Virus record (IMG/VR): IMGVR_UViG_3300033153_007973 | Coordinates: 62,001 to 126,000 of that record | DNA length: 64,000 bases | Reading direction: 5' to 3' (one strand) | Shown here: one piece after another, positions 43,750 through 54,400 of the stretch | Numbering within the stretch: the stretch's first letter is position 1 | Layout: each line of letters starts with the position of its first letter | Notes under the pieces: model-generated | The model's database searches: none | What the model was told of the DNA's origin: nothing | The model's input: only the letters and a program-made list of their open reading frames with translations | Translations under genes and position numbers: made by a program

Positions 43750-46700
43750 TGCTTACTCGAACAAGAGACCGAGAAAACCGTGAGCGACTTGGAGAATTTT
43801 CCAAAAAGTCGCGCGGTAGTCCTATTCGCTCTATCCTAAAGATGGGCGCGACCATGCTGGGCTGGGGCATTGGTCTTAAGGTATTCAGAGGAATGTCATT
43901 CAAGGCTAATCTTGGCCTTGGAAAGATATTAGCCAGCACTGTCCGTAAGGGTTCACTGACAAATGCATTCGTCTCTAAAGTTTCTGAGGTAGCAAAAGCT
44001 GGAATAAGAGCTGGTAAGTACACGCCTGGTCAAATATCAACAATGAAGAAAGGCCGCGGCTGGTATAGGAAACTCCAGACAACAGTAAAGACTTCTCTAG
44101 ATACAATGGCTACTCGACATCTCTCTCTGCATGATGCAATAAAGACAGAGGGACTCGCTAAAAGACAGTACTTTGTTAAGAGTAGTCTCGAGAAGACGAC
44201 TAATAGACTTGGAGGAATGCATCAAAGATATGCACAAGCAAAGATCAATGCGAATATTCCAGAACTATTAGATGATCTAAGTCTAAAAGATATTCGCTTT
44301 ACTTCCATTGTTAGAAATACAAAGAAGTTCAGTGGTTCTGGTCTTGGAAGAAAGATAAATGAGATGAGATCCACAAAACTGCTAGAGCCTGGCGGAGATC
44401 TCTATGCTCGAGCAAGGAAGAACAGTGGTGCCACATTGGGAGGACCGAACTTTGGGAAGGCAATGGCGGCACGCATGTATAGATATGGCACAGACTTTAT
44501 GTCATATGCTCCGCTATTCTATGCTTCACATAGATTGACTGCAGTTGATGATAAGAAATGGTACCAGCCTTCTGCAATAGCGGACTGGACTAAATGGGCA
44601 GTCGGTACAGATATTGTATTCCGCGGTGCTATGCCTGCTGCATCAATTGGTCTTCGTAAGCTGGGAAGAGGAGCAGCAAATATTCTTGAGAATACAATCA
44701 GCCCCACAATGGCTCAGAAAGGTGCCAAGTTCCTTGAGTCGATATCAAAGAGCGCACCAATTAGAGCAGCAGATCTTGCTAGAGACTATACTAAAGCAGA
44801 AATTGGCAAGGTAGGCGTTAAAGATGTTCCTAGATATACAAAGACATTCTTCCAACAGTATAGACGATTCCGCGGAATGATTACTAAAGATCCTAACCTT
44901 CATCTGCGGAAGGGCACTGATCATCTAGAGGAAGCAATGTCAATGCTTTCCAAAATAAATACCAGAATCAAAGGATCGATGCCAAAACACGAGGCACTTG
45001 CTCAATTCAAGAAGGAAACTATAGAACCACCAAGCAGGGCAATGTCATTCTTTAATAAGATGATAAGAGGAGGAGGACTGTCAAGTGCATCACGCACAAT
45101 AAAACCAACCGATGTTGGTAATGCATTCAACAAACAAGTTACTGTTAATGCAGGTAGAGGAATGATTTCCTTACAGGGACAAGAGTTTGATGTCTCTAAT
45201 ATACTGCCAAAAAGACTCATGCAAGAAGCAGGGAGGATGCTTGGGAAAGTCAGTATAGCTGGAGTTCGTCCTGGCACATGGTTTGGACTAAAGGGCGCAT
45301 TCAGAAAGAGGCGTCCTTTCGCACAGTTACTGGAAAAGGATCAGCACCTTGGAATTGGGATAGGCGATCATGACGGATTTAGTGGGAGTGCAATTTTACA
45401 GAAGTTTGGTGAACAAGGTGATCGATTAGAACTAGAAAACCAAATAAAATATGCATCCGTGGGAGGAAAGGGGCAAGTCGCAACACTAATTGATAAAGGT
45501 GACAAGACATCAGAAGGATGGGCAAAAACAAATACAAAGAAACTCTATCAGTCCATGATTGCTGCACGAAAGGAAGAATTAACTCCGACCGGTATGGAAA
45601 AGTATAAAGCAGCTCTCGCTAGAGGACATAATATTCAGAGAGAAGGTGAGTCGTTCTTTCTTATGGGAGACAAATCATATTACTCAGTTTCCTCTGGAGT
45701 CGGCACCAAAAAAGCACCGGTAGTATTCCAAACGGGTTATGATGTAAATGCAGGACAATTTCATAGATGGGATCTATATGCTAAAGGACAGGGAGGAACA
45801 TTATCAGATGTCGCAATGGACCATTTTGGTCGAGCTGGTACTGTAGAAGTCGATGGTAAACCCATATATGGATCATCTGGTCCTAGATTACATAGTAGAA
45901 TGCATCCCGACAAGAGTCCAATTGCGAACATGGCAGCTAAGTTCTTGGATAAATTTGAAGTTGGGTCAAAAGAAGAACGAGCAGTATTAGGTAAGATTAC
46001 TGATCTTGGGTTAGGAAGATACATAGACTCAGCCAATACCAAAGTCTTTCTCAGTGATGAATTCCTCTTTCATCCTGAATTCGCAAAGACAACCCTGGCA
46101 CAAGATGATGGTTCAGCTGCAAAACTTATCAGAAGACTAGATGCTCAATCACACCGAATGGAAAAGGTCCAAGCTCAACGTGTTCTCAAGGGTGAACGAT
46201 TAATTACAGCAATTCGTGGAGATATGCAAGGTAATGCAGCCGGTAAGAAAATAGAAAGTACAATAATAAATAGACTAACAGATGATTTCTCTGTTGTAAA
46301 ACAGAAAGCAAAAGCAAGAATGACATTCAATAAAGCAAACAAAATTCAATTAAGACCAGAAATGGAAGAGATCATAGAAGAGATCGCAAGCGGGAATGCT
46401 ACGAGCTTTAGGAAACTACAATCTTCAGTTCATCCTAAATTACGAATGAATAAGCTTGATGCATATAATAACTCTGCATACCGAACATGGTTTAAGTCAG
46501 AAGATTTTGGTGTCCTAGATAGAGAAATGGCAAGTCTCATGGACAGAGGGATTATAACTAGAAACGATAAAGCATTCAGAGCATTAGAGGCAACACGAAT
46601 AATAAGTGAATTCGATAATTTTGATGTACATAATGAACTAATAAATGCAGAATTGGGCAAGTTAGGTGACTATAATCATAACACAATCAATAGAGTCATC

Positions 46701-49700
46701 GGTCGTTTCCAGACTGATAAGGCTTCAGTATTAGATATAGATAGATCAATAGAACCATTATGGTCACCCTGGGGAAGAAATAGCAGAGTAAAAAGCAGTG
46801 GTGGTGATTTCCCGAGATCTGGTCTTCTTATGTCAAAGAATAAAGATGAACATGGTGACATAATGATGTCAATAAAGGAAGAACTATTTCCTAATTCTAA
46901 TGCAATGGAAGGACAGATCCAACCTATTACAATGAAGGGTGCGCAATCTTTGATGATAACCAATGCGATCAACAATGTCGGAAACATTGTTGGTATGGGA
47001 TTTAATAAGAATACAGCATCATCTACTAAATCATTTATGCAAGCAACGCTCTTCAAAAGAATATTGCCAGCTGCTGCAATTGCATCAGCGTGGCAAACTG
47101 CCGATATGGTTGCAGATGAAAGCAATCTCTTTGAGGGTACAAGTCTTGGCGAAGGTCTGAATGTATTTGTAGGAGAACAGATTGCGAAGACGCGACTTAG
47201 TATTGCGAGAATCAATGATATAACTGGAGTAACTGATAGTGCAAAGTATCTAGAAGATTTAATGCCGGGAGCAGTTAATAGCGGATTCAGTGGTGCATTA
47301 AGAGGATTTGGTATTCCAATGCTGGGAAGTGCACTTGGAATGGCTAAAGGTGGTCCCAAAGGTGGGATGATTGGTGGTGCAATTGGTGGCCTAGTCAGTC
47401 TCTTTACTGCAGGTGGACCACTAGCAACGATACAACAATTTGACATTACTAAATCCAGACGAGAATTATTAGAACAATATGCAGGTAGAGCTGAGGTGCC
47501 AATATATAAAGGTCAAGGTTGGTTATTTGGAGGAGGCTCAGTCGGTGGTATAAGACTTGATAGATATCAACCAAACTGGTTTCATAGATTAAGTTCACAG
47601 TATAGACATAGCGATGTTCTTTATGGTGACAAGTTCGAGAGAATGCGAGCATCTCTAGACCCATTTCATTACTACGAGAAACACAAATACTCACGCCCAT
47701 ATCCAGTCAAAGAGATAGCCGGCGTAAATATGCCTCTCGTTGGTAATGTAATTGGACTTGGTGGACAAATGGCTTCTGAAGAGGATCTGAAATATGGAAA
47801 TCTAGCATCATCTGTAGATAGTAATACATCATATCAATCAATTCCATTTGGTGGACAACCAAGTATATATAGTAATGAAAGACCATGGGGTGGATCCATG
47901 ATGAATGGCATAGGACTTCCAGCCGGATCCGCTCAACCAGATGCTCCTCGAGCTATTAAACCAACATCATTCCCTGCTAGAGTAAATGCAGCATTCAGAA
48001 TGTCCACAGAGTTCGCTGGTCTTCGTGGATTTATGACACAGGAAATGATCACCAATGCAAATGGCGGGATGTATCCATACGAACAGAATCCTATTCTAGC
48101 ATCAGCTAGTAGCATGACCTCTCCAAGTCGAATGTTCTGGGAACAGGAATGGGGAGACATGTTAGCTATGTCAGAAATGATCAGACGTTTTGTTCCTAAA
48201 AAGGGACAACACACAAACGAATGGAATCAGATGCCAAACATAATGCCTAAGTGGATGCCTGGTGATGATGGATTTATTAATTTTCAGGCGGGAGATCCCT
48301 ACTGCGTCAGTGCTGACACTCCAATAAATACTTCAACTGGGTATACATTGGCAGCTGATATCTGCGAAGGAGATAAGATCTATACACATAATGGAAGCTG
48401 GTTACCAGTCAAGAAGAAAGTAAGAAGAAAGATCAGGAAAGAAGAGAAGAGTTACAGTTTGAAAGTTTCTGGAGTGTGTGGAGTCGATCTTGAGTTCTCA
48501 GAAGAGCACCCATTGCTGGTAAAGAGAACATCAAAGTGTACGTTCTCGAATTCTTCTATCTGCAGACCGTTGCGAAATCTGATCAAGCCTCTCCCAGATC
48601 TTAAAGGATTCTGTGACAAGGTCAATTCCAAGAAATATAAGAAAGGGTCAGCAGGAACTCCAAAGAGAGGATGTAGTAACTCATGGGAGAATTCAGAAGC
48701 TTCCTTCGTTCCAATTAAAGATTGTAAGCCAGGAGATTATCTTGTCTACAAAATTCCAGCATCTGGCAACGATGAATCAACAATTGTTTCATATAAGCAG
48801 CTCGTTAATAGGTATCGATCACAATATGTAGATGTTGATAGAGTCCTCCACCTAGACGGAGGAATGTGCTGGGTGATCGGGCTGTACCTAGCAGAGGGAT
48901 CCACAGCAAAGGGTAAGAATGTTCCTCATCGGCTCATCTTCTCTATGTCTGATGATGAAGTTGAAGTTCTTAAACATGTCAAGATGCTTCTGTTGCAGGA
49001 ATTCAGTGACGTTCTGAGAGAAGAGTCGTGCCATATCAAGATTCGAGATAAGTCGGCAGAGCTTGTAATCACATCATACATTCTAGCGCAGATATTCAAT
49101 AATTTAGCTCCTGGTAACCTGTATCAGAAACGGATACCTCAAGTATTGTTTGATACAGACAACGATTGTCGCTTAGCATTATTATTTGGAATGATTCTCG
49201 GTGATGGATACATCTCATCCAAAGGCACAAGAATCGGATACTCTACAGCTAATGGTGATCTCGCACATGACTTTAGACGGCTGGCATTCTCACTAGGCAT
49301 CCCTGCATCATATGAGGCTAGGGAGAGAGTTGATGGAAGAACCGGCCGAAGAAACAACGCATATGAATGCAATTTCCATTCGATCAATGTATATGGAATG
49401 AATCTGGCTGACCTACATTACAAATCCGAGTTTGTTAGTTGGGGTTATAGTAGACTTCCCCACGTGGATAACTTCTCAGATGGCGAATACATATATCAAC
49501 GTATAGCACAAATCGATGAGATCGAACTCGAGTATGTGTACGGATTCGAAGTCGACGATGATGATAGTTTCTGTGTCATGGACTTTGCAACTCATAATAC
49601 AAAAATCACAAGAGGAGAGGCTCGTCTACCAGGAGCAGGTTATACATCTATGAAAGATGTTGCATTTAATTTCCCATTTGAAGCTGAATATCTTGGATTC

Positions 49701-51461
49701 AGTCAGAATGATGCTATCGGAATGTTAACTGGCCAAAAACTTCCAACAAGTCCAGATGATAGATATGACAAAATCCTTAGTGGAAAGATGGCACAGCGAA
49801 TAGCACAGAACATGTCAGCAACTAATATAAATATTAAGACTAATGAACAGGTATTTCATCCAGAGATGAACCTGTCTGGAAAAGCAGACTTAGTTGTTAA
49901 TGGTAATATCATGAAGATCAAAGCTGTCTCTAATAGAACATTCAGCAATCTAACCTCTCCTAATCCACAGCACACTTCAGAACTGAATGCACTTCTTAAT
50001 ATTTCACAGAGTAATGTCGGCTCACTCATGTATGTAAATGCTGAAACTGGAGACACAACTTCATTCAATGTATCTTCAGATCCGAATCGATTTAAACGTG
50101 ATGTAGAAACTTTAGAATCTGCAAAAGCAGTCTCTGAACATCTTATGACAAAGTATGGACCATCTATTGGTGTAGATATGGGACAAGCATATAGCAGAAT
50201 AGATCGTCTACGGATTCTGGGAGATGTCGCACCATACTCTAAGCAATTCAAAGATACACTCAAACAAGTTAAGACACTAGCACAAGTTGATAGATTAAGT
50301 CCTAGAGAACTACAAATTCTAGACGAAACTCTAGCAAGGGTTGATGAAAAGAGGGATAGATTCATATTTACAGAGAAGAGATTCAATCGCGGCAACCCAG
50401 TCACTAGTGAGGAACGACAGTATCAAGAGGGTATAAAATTGCAGTACAGTCCTTTGGAAAGAGCAGTTGGAAGCGGATGGGAAGCATTCACCCACCTCAA
50501 AAGTCCACTCCATACTAAGTTCTTAAATACATATGATCCTATCGAACAATATGAGAGAAATGAAGTCTATGGAAAACCAATTAGAATGTGGGGACAACCA
50601 TATCAGGATTTTGTCCGTCCGTATGCTACCTCTATGACGAATATCGATAGACCTATTCAAGGTGCGTTATCATTTGGAACTGGTGGCCTTATTTTTGGTG
50701 GACCGATAGGTGGTGCCATAGGTGCAGGGATAGGAACGATCTGGGGTGCATCAAATGGCGTTCGAGAAGTACCTGGATATAAACAGAAGGAACGAAGACT
50801 CATTGATACACTAGATAAAGTCCAATATGAGAAGGCCAGACGAGCATATGAACTAGATGGTGATACAGAGCAACTCAAGAAGATGAAGAATACAATGACA
50901 TGGGCATACTCAAATGCAACCACAGCAAACCAGCTTATTGCTGCCACTCCGAGACCAGAGAGAGCATTCATGGAAAGATTCATGAGAGCAGGAACGGAAG
51001 AAGAGCGAGAAAGGATTATGAGTGTTGTTCCAGATTATGTAAAACCTGTATTATCAAATGCCTGGATGGGTGGCTCTGTTGATAAGATTAAAGGAACAAA
51101 ACTCGAACGAATGCCTACCCCAGGTGAGGATTGGTCTGGATGGAAGAACGAGTTTAGAACAGAAGACATTGCAGTAAAGATGTTTAATAGAGCAGGACTC
51201 GATGCACATGATGTAGGACTTGGGTGGCAAAGTCAGATCAGGAAAATGAGCGCAACCCCCAATATTCCAGAATCATTCACAGAGGCTGTTGCTGGTGTTC
51301 CTGAAACACAATATGAACAAGTAATTAGAAGAGTAATTCCTGGAGCGACAGTCTCTGCATCAACATCAGGTGCAGGTGGCGTTAGTGTCAATCTGAGAGT
51401 AGAAGTTATAAATGAAGCAGCAATGGCAAAGAACACAGGGGTAAGAAATGCGCTATCCTAA
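43749..51461 (+). CDS. tape-measure-like protein with intein and degenerate PD-(D/E)xK domain
   Basis: 2570 aa after chaperones; glycine zippers GGPxGGxIGxxIG; internal intein. Confidence 0.75.
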   Translation: MLTRTRDRENRERLGEFSKKSRGSPIRSILKMGATMLGWGIGLKVFRGMSFKANLGLGKILASTVRKGSLTNAFVSKVSEVAKAGIRAGKYTPGQISTMKKGRGWYRKLQTTVKTSLDTMATRHLSLHDAIKTEGLAKRQYFVKSSLEKTTNRLGGMHQRYAQAKINANIPELLDDLSLKDIRFTSIVRNTKKFSGSGLGRKINEMRSTKLLEPGGDLYARARKNSGATLGGPNFGKAMAARMYRYGTDFMSYAPLFYASHRLTAVDDKKWYQPSAIADWTKWAVGTDIVFRGAMPAASIGLRKLGRGAANILENTISPTMAQKGAKFLESISKSAPIRAADLARDYTKAEIGKVGVKDVPRYTKTFFQQYRRFRGMITKDPNLHLRKGTDHLEEAMSMLSKINTRIKGSMPKHEALAQFKKETIEPPSRAMSFFNKMIRGGGLSSASRTIKPTDVGNAFNKQVTVNAGRGMISLQGQEFDVSNILPKRLMQEAGRMLGKVSIAGVRPGTWFGLKGAFRKRRPFAQLLEKDQHLGIGIGDHDGFSGSAILQKFGEQGDRLELENQIKYASVGGKGQVATLIDKGDKTSEGWAKTNTKKLYQSMIAARKEELTPTGMEKYKAALARGHNIQREGESFFLMGDKSYYSVSSGVGTKKAPVVFQTGYDVNAGQFHRWDLYAKGQGGTLSDVAMDHFGRAGTVEVDGKPIYGSSGPRLHSRMHPDKSPIANMAAKFLDKFEVGSKEERAVLGKITDLGLGRYIDSANTKVFLSDEFLFHPEFAKTTLAQDDGSAAKLIRRLDAQSHRMEKVQAQRVLKGERLITAIRGDMQGNAAGKKIESTIINRLTDDFSVVKQKAKARMTFNKANKIQLRPEMEEIIEEIASGNATSFRKLQSSVHPKLRMNKLDAYNNSAYRTWFKSEDFGVLDREMASLMDRGIITRNDKAFRALEATRIISEFDNFDVHNELINAELGKLGDYNHNTINRVIGRFQTDKASVLDIDRSIEPLWSPWGRNSRVKSSGGDFPRSGLLMSKNKDEHGDIMMSIKEELFPNSNAMEGQIQPITMKGAQSLMITNAINNVGNIVGMGFNKNTASSTKSFMQATLFKRILPAAAIASAWQTADMVADESNLFEGTSLGEGLNVFVGEQIAKTRLSIARINDITGVTDSAKYLEDLMPGAVNSGFSGALRGFGIPMLGSALGMAKGGPKGGMIGGAIGGLVSLFTAGGPLATIQQFDITKSRRELLEQYAGRAEVPIYKGQGWLFGGGSVGGIRLDRYQPNWFHRLSSQYRHSDVLYGDKFERMRASLDPFHYYEKHKYSRPYPVKEIAGVNMPLVGNVIGLGGQMASEEDLKYGNLASSVDSNTSYQSIPFGGQPSIYSNERPWGGSMMNGIGLPAGSAQPDAPRAIKPTSFPARVNAAFRMSTEFAGLRGFMTQEMITNANGGMYPYEQNPILASASSMTSPSRMFWEQEWGDMLAMSEMIRRFVPKKGQHTNEWNQMPNIMPKWMPGDDGFINFQAGDPYCVSADTPINTSTGYTLAADICEGDKIYTHNGSWLPVKKKVRRKIRKEEKSYSLKVSGVCGVDLEFSEEHPLLVKRTSKCTFSNSSICRPLRNLIKPLPDLKGFCDKVNSKKYKKGSAGTPKRGCSNSWENSEASFVPIKDCKPGDYLVYKIPASGNDESTIVSYKQLVNRYRSQYVDVDRVLHLDGGMCWVIGLYLAEGSTAKGKNVPHRLIFSMSDDEVEVLKHVKMLLLQEFSDVLREESCHIKIRDKSAELVITSYILAQIFNNLAPGNLYQKRIPQVLFDTDNDCRLALLFGMILGDGYISSKGTRIGYSTANGDLAHDFRRLAFSLGIPASYEARERVDGRTGRRNNAYECNFHSINVYGMNLADLHYKSEFVSWGYSRLPHVDNFSDGEYIYQRIAQIDEIELEYVYGFEVDDDDSFCVMDFATHNTKITRGEARLPGAGYTSMKDVAFNFPFEAEYLGFSQNDAIGMLTGQKLPTSPDDRYDKILSGKMAQRIAQNMSATNINIKTNEQVFHPEMNLSGKADLVVNGNIMKIKAVSNRTFSNLTSPNPQHTSELNALLNISQSNVGSLMYVNAETGDTTSFNVSSDPNRFKRDVETLESAKAVSEHLMTKYGPSIGVDMGQAYSRIDRLRILGDVAPYSKQFKDTLKQVKTLAQVDRLSPRELQILDETLARVDEKRDRFIFTEKRFNRGNPVTSEERQYQEGIKLQYSPLERAVGSGWEAFTHLKSPLHTKFLNTYDPIEQYERNEVYGKPIRMWGQPYQDFVRPYATSMTNIDRPIQGALSFGTGGLIFGGPIGGAIGAGIGTIWGASNGVREVPGYKQKERRLIDTLDKVQYEKARRAYELDGDTEQLKKMKNTMTWAYSNATTANQLIAATPRPERAFMERFMRAGTEEERERIMSVVPDYVKPVLSNAWMGGSVDKIKGTKLERMPTPGEDWSGWKNEFRTEDIAVKMFNRAGLDAHDVGLGWQSQIRKMSATPNIPESFTEAVAGVPETQYEQVIRRVIPGATVSASTSGAGGVSVNLRVEVINEAAMAKNTGVRNALS
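48303..49598 (+). mobile_element. intein with LAGLIDADG homing endonuclease (432 aa)
   Basis: Y/CVSADT start, SEEHPLL, IGLYLAEGS, LFGMILGDG, VYGFEV..SF..THN/T end. Confidence 0.95.
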
Positions 51462-54400
51462 TAGAATACATGCTGGCGATCATGATAATGATAGTATATT
51501 TAGTCCGATCGCTCCTCTTCTAGCAATTGGTGCTGTCAGTGCGATTGGTATGTCTGTAGCTATGATTAATCGCAATAGCATGCTTCGCTCAAAGTATTCT
51601 AGAATAGCCGCGGGGATGGATAGATATCCAACACAAGCCCTACCAAGAGTGGATAACAGTAGTGCATTCAGTGTTCTTCGTAGCGAAGCGGCCATGAATG
51701 AACTGAAAGCCATGAAGAAGCAGCGCTTAATTGATGTAGCTAGAATGGCTATTCAAAAAGAAGAAGAGGTGATCGCTAACGAGGTTAGTGATGCTCTCGG
51801 CGATCTAATGAATATCCGCTACAATCTATCTAATATAGAACTTAGAAGGGCATGGGGATCAGGCCATCCATTCGAACTAGCAGGCACTATCGCCGACACA
51901 CTCGATGAAGCCATATTAGGAATTAGTACAGGAAAACCAGATTCAATTCGAGATGCAATAACTCGCTTAAAAACAGATATAGCAACAATACAAACGCGGC
52001 CGAATACATCAGTTGAGATCAGGGCAGGAGATCTACAACAAGTTCTTGAAAGACTTCAGGGAGCTGAGAAACTATACACTGAAGATCTTCCAAAATTAGT
52101 AAACGCAGTGCAACCATTCGCTCCTGGTGCAGTTACCGCAGAAACAGCAGCAACTATCTTGGGCGGCTCACCAGCTACTTTAGCGAAAAGACTAAATGAA
52201 GAACAAATTCCCGGTGGAAAGAAAGGAAGAGTTAATCGGGAACGAATGGAACAAATAAAGATACTGACTGGATTCAAGACAGAGAAGATCAATAATAGAT
52301 TAGTTACCACACATGGACGAGTAAACTGGGTGCGAAAACTAAGGGGAATCAGTCCAACAACTGGGGCAATCATGCCCGCTGGTTCCACAATTAAAGTCAT
52401 ATATCCTCAAATTGGAGTTACTGGTAATATCGAAGATCTTGATAGAGTAGTTCAGGCTGCTGGAAAAGAATTCAGGACTCATCCATTACTGAAAGAAGCA
52501 CACAAGACACATCTCAGAATGGCTAAAAATGCAAAGGGAAATGTTAAGTTACTATTATCATCTCCAGATATGAAAACGTCACTTAAGAGATTTACAGATG
52601 GAGTAGTGGAACATCTTGGAGTAAACCCTAGAGATATTACTTTTACTCAAGAAGGAGCCAATGTTGTTTCCCTTGTTAAGTTCACTGACGCACCACCGAT
52701 GCGATTTGTCTTCCCATATGAAGAAGCAGGTCTATCAGCATCATATGGACATAATGTAATCTCAGCTTCCAAGAAATCTTTCACACATATGGGCAAAGGT
52801 GAAAAGAAGATACTGTCATCCAGCATCACTAATGGTTTTATTGATAGAATGGTTGGAAAAGGCACCGGTTCCAATGGTGTGTTCCAGAAGATGGCTACTG
52901 CAGGTGATATAAAGAATGGAGCATTCAAGGACGCAACATCAAGAGTTCTTTTCCAACGAAAAGTTAAAGGAATATTCTCTGGTGGTGGTAAAATGATGAC
53001 AGACGTAACAAATGCTTCCCCAGAGGCAATATCAAATGCAGTAACAACTTTTGAAGAGCTTCCAGGAACAGACAAAATTAGTGTATTACAAATAATGAAA
53101 CATGAAGAGGAAACTAAACTCAGTACTATTATATCTAATCCAACTGGTAATAGATTTGTAGGTCAGAAAACTGCGGTCCTCGATAAGATAAATAGTCTTC
53201 AACGACAAATCAATAAACTCCAAAAAGGATATAGTGCAGACAAAGCACTTACCGATCTTGAGCGAACCCACACTGGAAAACTCAAAGTTGCAGAAGTGAT
53301 TAACTATAATAATAATAATATCATTATTAGTGAATTAAGTAAAGACGGATTTATACCTACAACTTCTGTCGTAACGCCAGAACGAGCACTAAAGAATAAA
53401 GCGTGGGGATTGGAAGACATTAGAGAAAGATACAGTGATCCTGGATTGCAATGGATCAAAGGATCTAAATCTATAAATAATATGTATGTTTCTTCTGATG
53501 TATCAATATTTAGTCCCAGTAGCAGTGATTGGGGCAGAAGAATATCAAATTTAAAGAAGAGATCAAAACACAGACTAAAATTAACCATCGGTAAGAAAGA
53601 GGTTAATTTTAGTGGTGTTAGAATGATTAGTAGAGCAGAACAGGTTAAACGAGCAGCACTTGCAGGAGATTATAGCACAGCTCGTGGATCATATGGACAA
53701 GTTAATGTATTATTTGTTGACTCCATAGGAGGAGATGCTGGAGAACTCAGAATCACAGATGAAGTCGGTGACATGTTAGCTGGCTCAAGAGATAGAAAGG
53801 TTTCACTTAATTCTGCAGACATTAGACGGCCATTTAGTGGCATTGATCAGCAAATGACTAAAGCATTAAAGAAAGTATCTAAAGAGAATGGATTAATTGA
53901 TCTAACTGCTCCAGAGAATTGGCACGTTAGAAAGAAGCTTAATGTATTTCTTCCAAAGATAAAAGATCAAATCAAAACTCCTTACGAGGATATAAAGCTA
54001 ACTGCAATAACACATAAAGCAACGGGCAGTTATGAATTTCATTATACTGCGAATATGACAGCTGCGACGAAATCAAAGATTCTGCTTGGTGCGAACAATG
54101 AAAGATTACAAGTACATTCTACATTATCCAAAGATAGAATGTTTGAAATGCTTGCTGCTGAAATGGACTGGGATTTATCAGATGCTAATAGCTCTAAGAC
54201 TCAGTTCCTCAGAGACATAGGAGCAACAGTGGGTGCAAAAGCACCACTCAGTCTCTTCAAGAAGGGAATTGCAACACCAGGAGCAGCAGCCGGATTAGGA
54301 ATGAGCATAACAAATGCGCTAGTTTTTAGAACACTCTATAGAGTTCAAAAGATTCTGGCAGATCGTGGTCTTAGAACCATGGATGATAAACAAGCAACAA

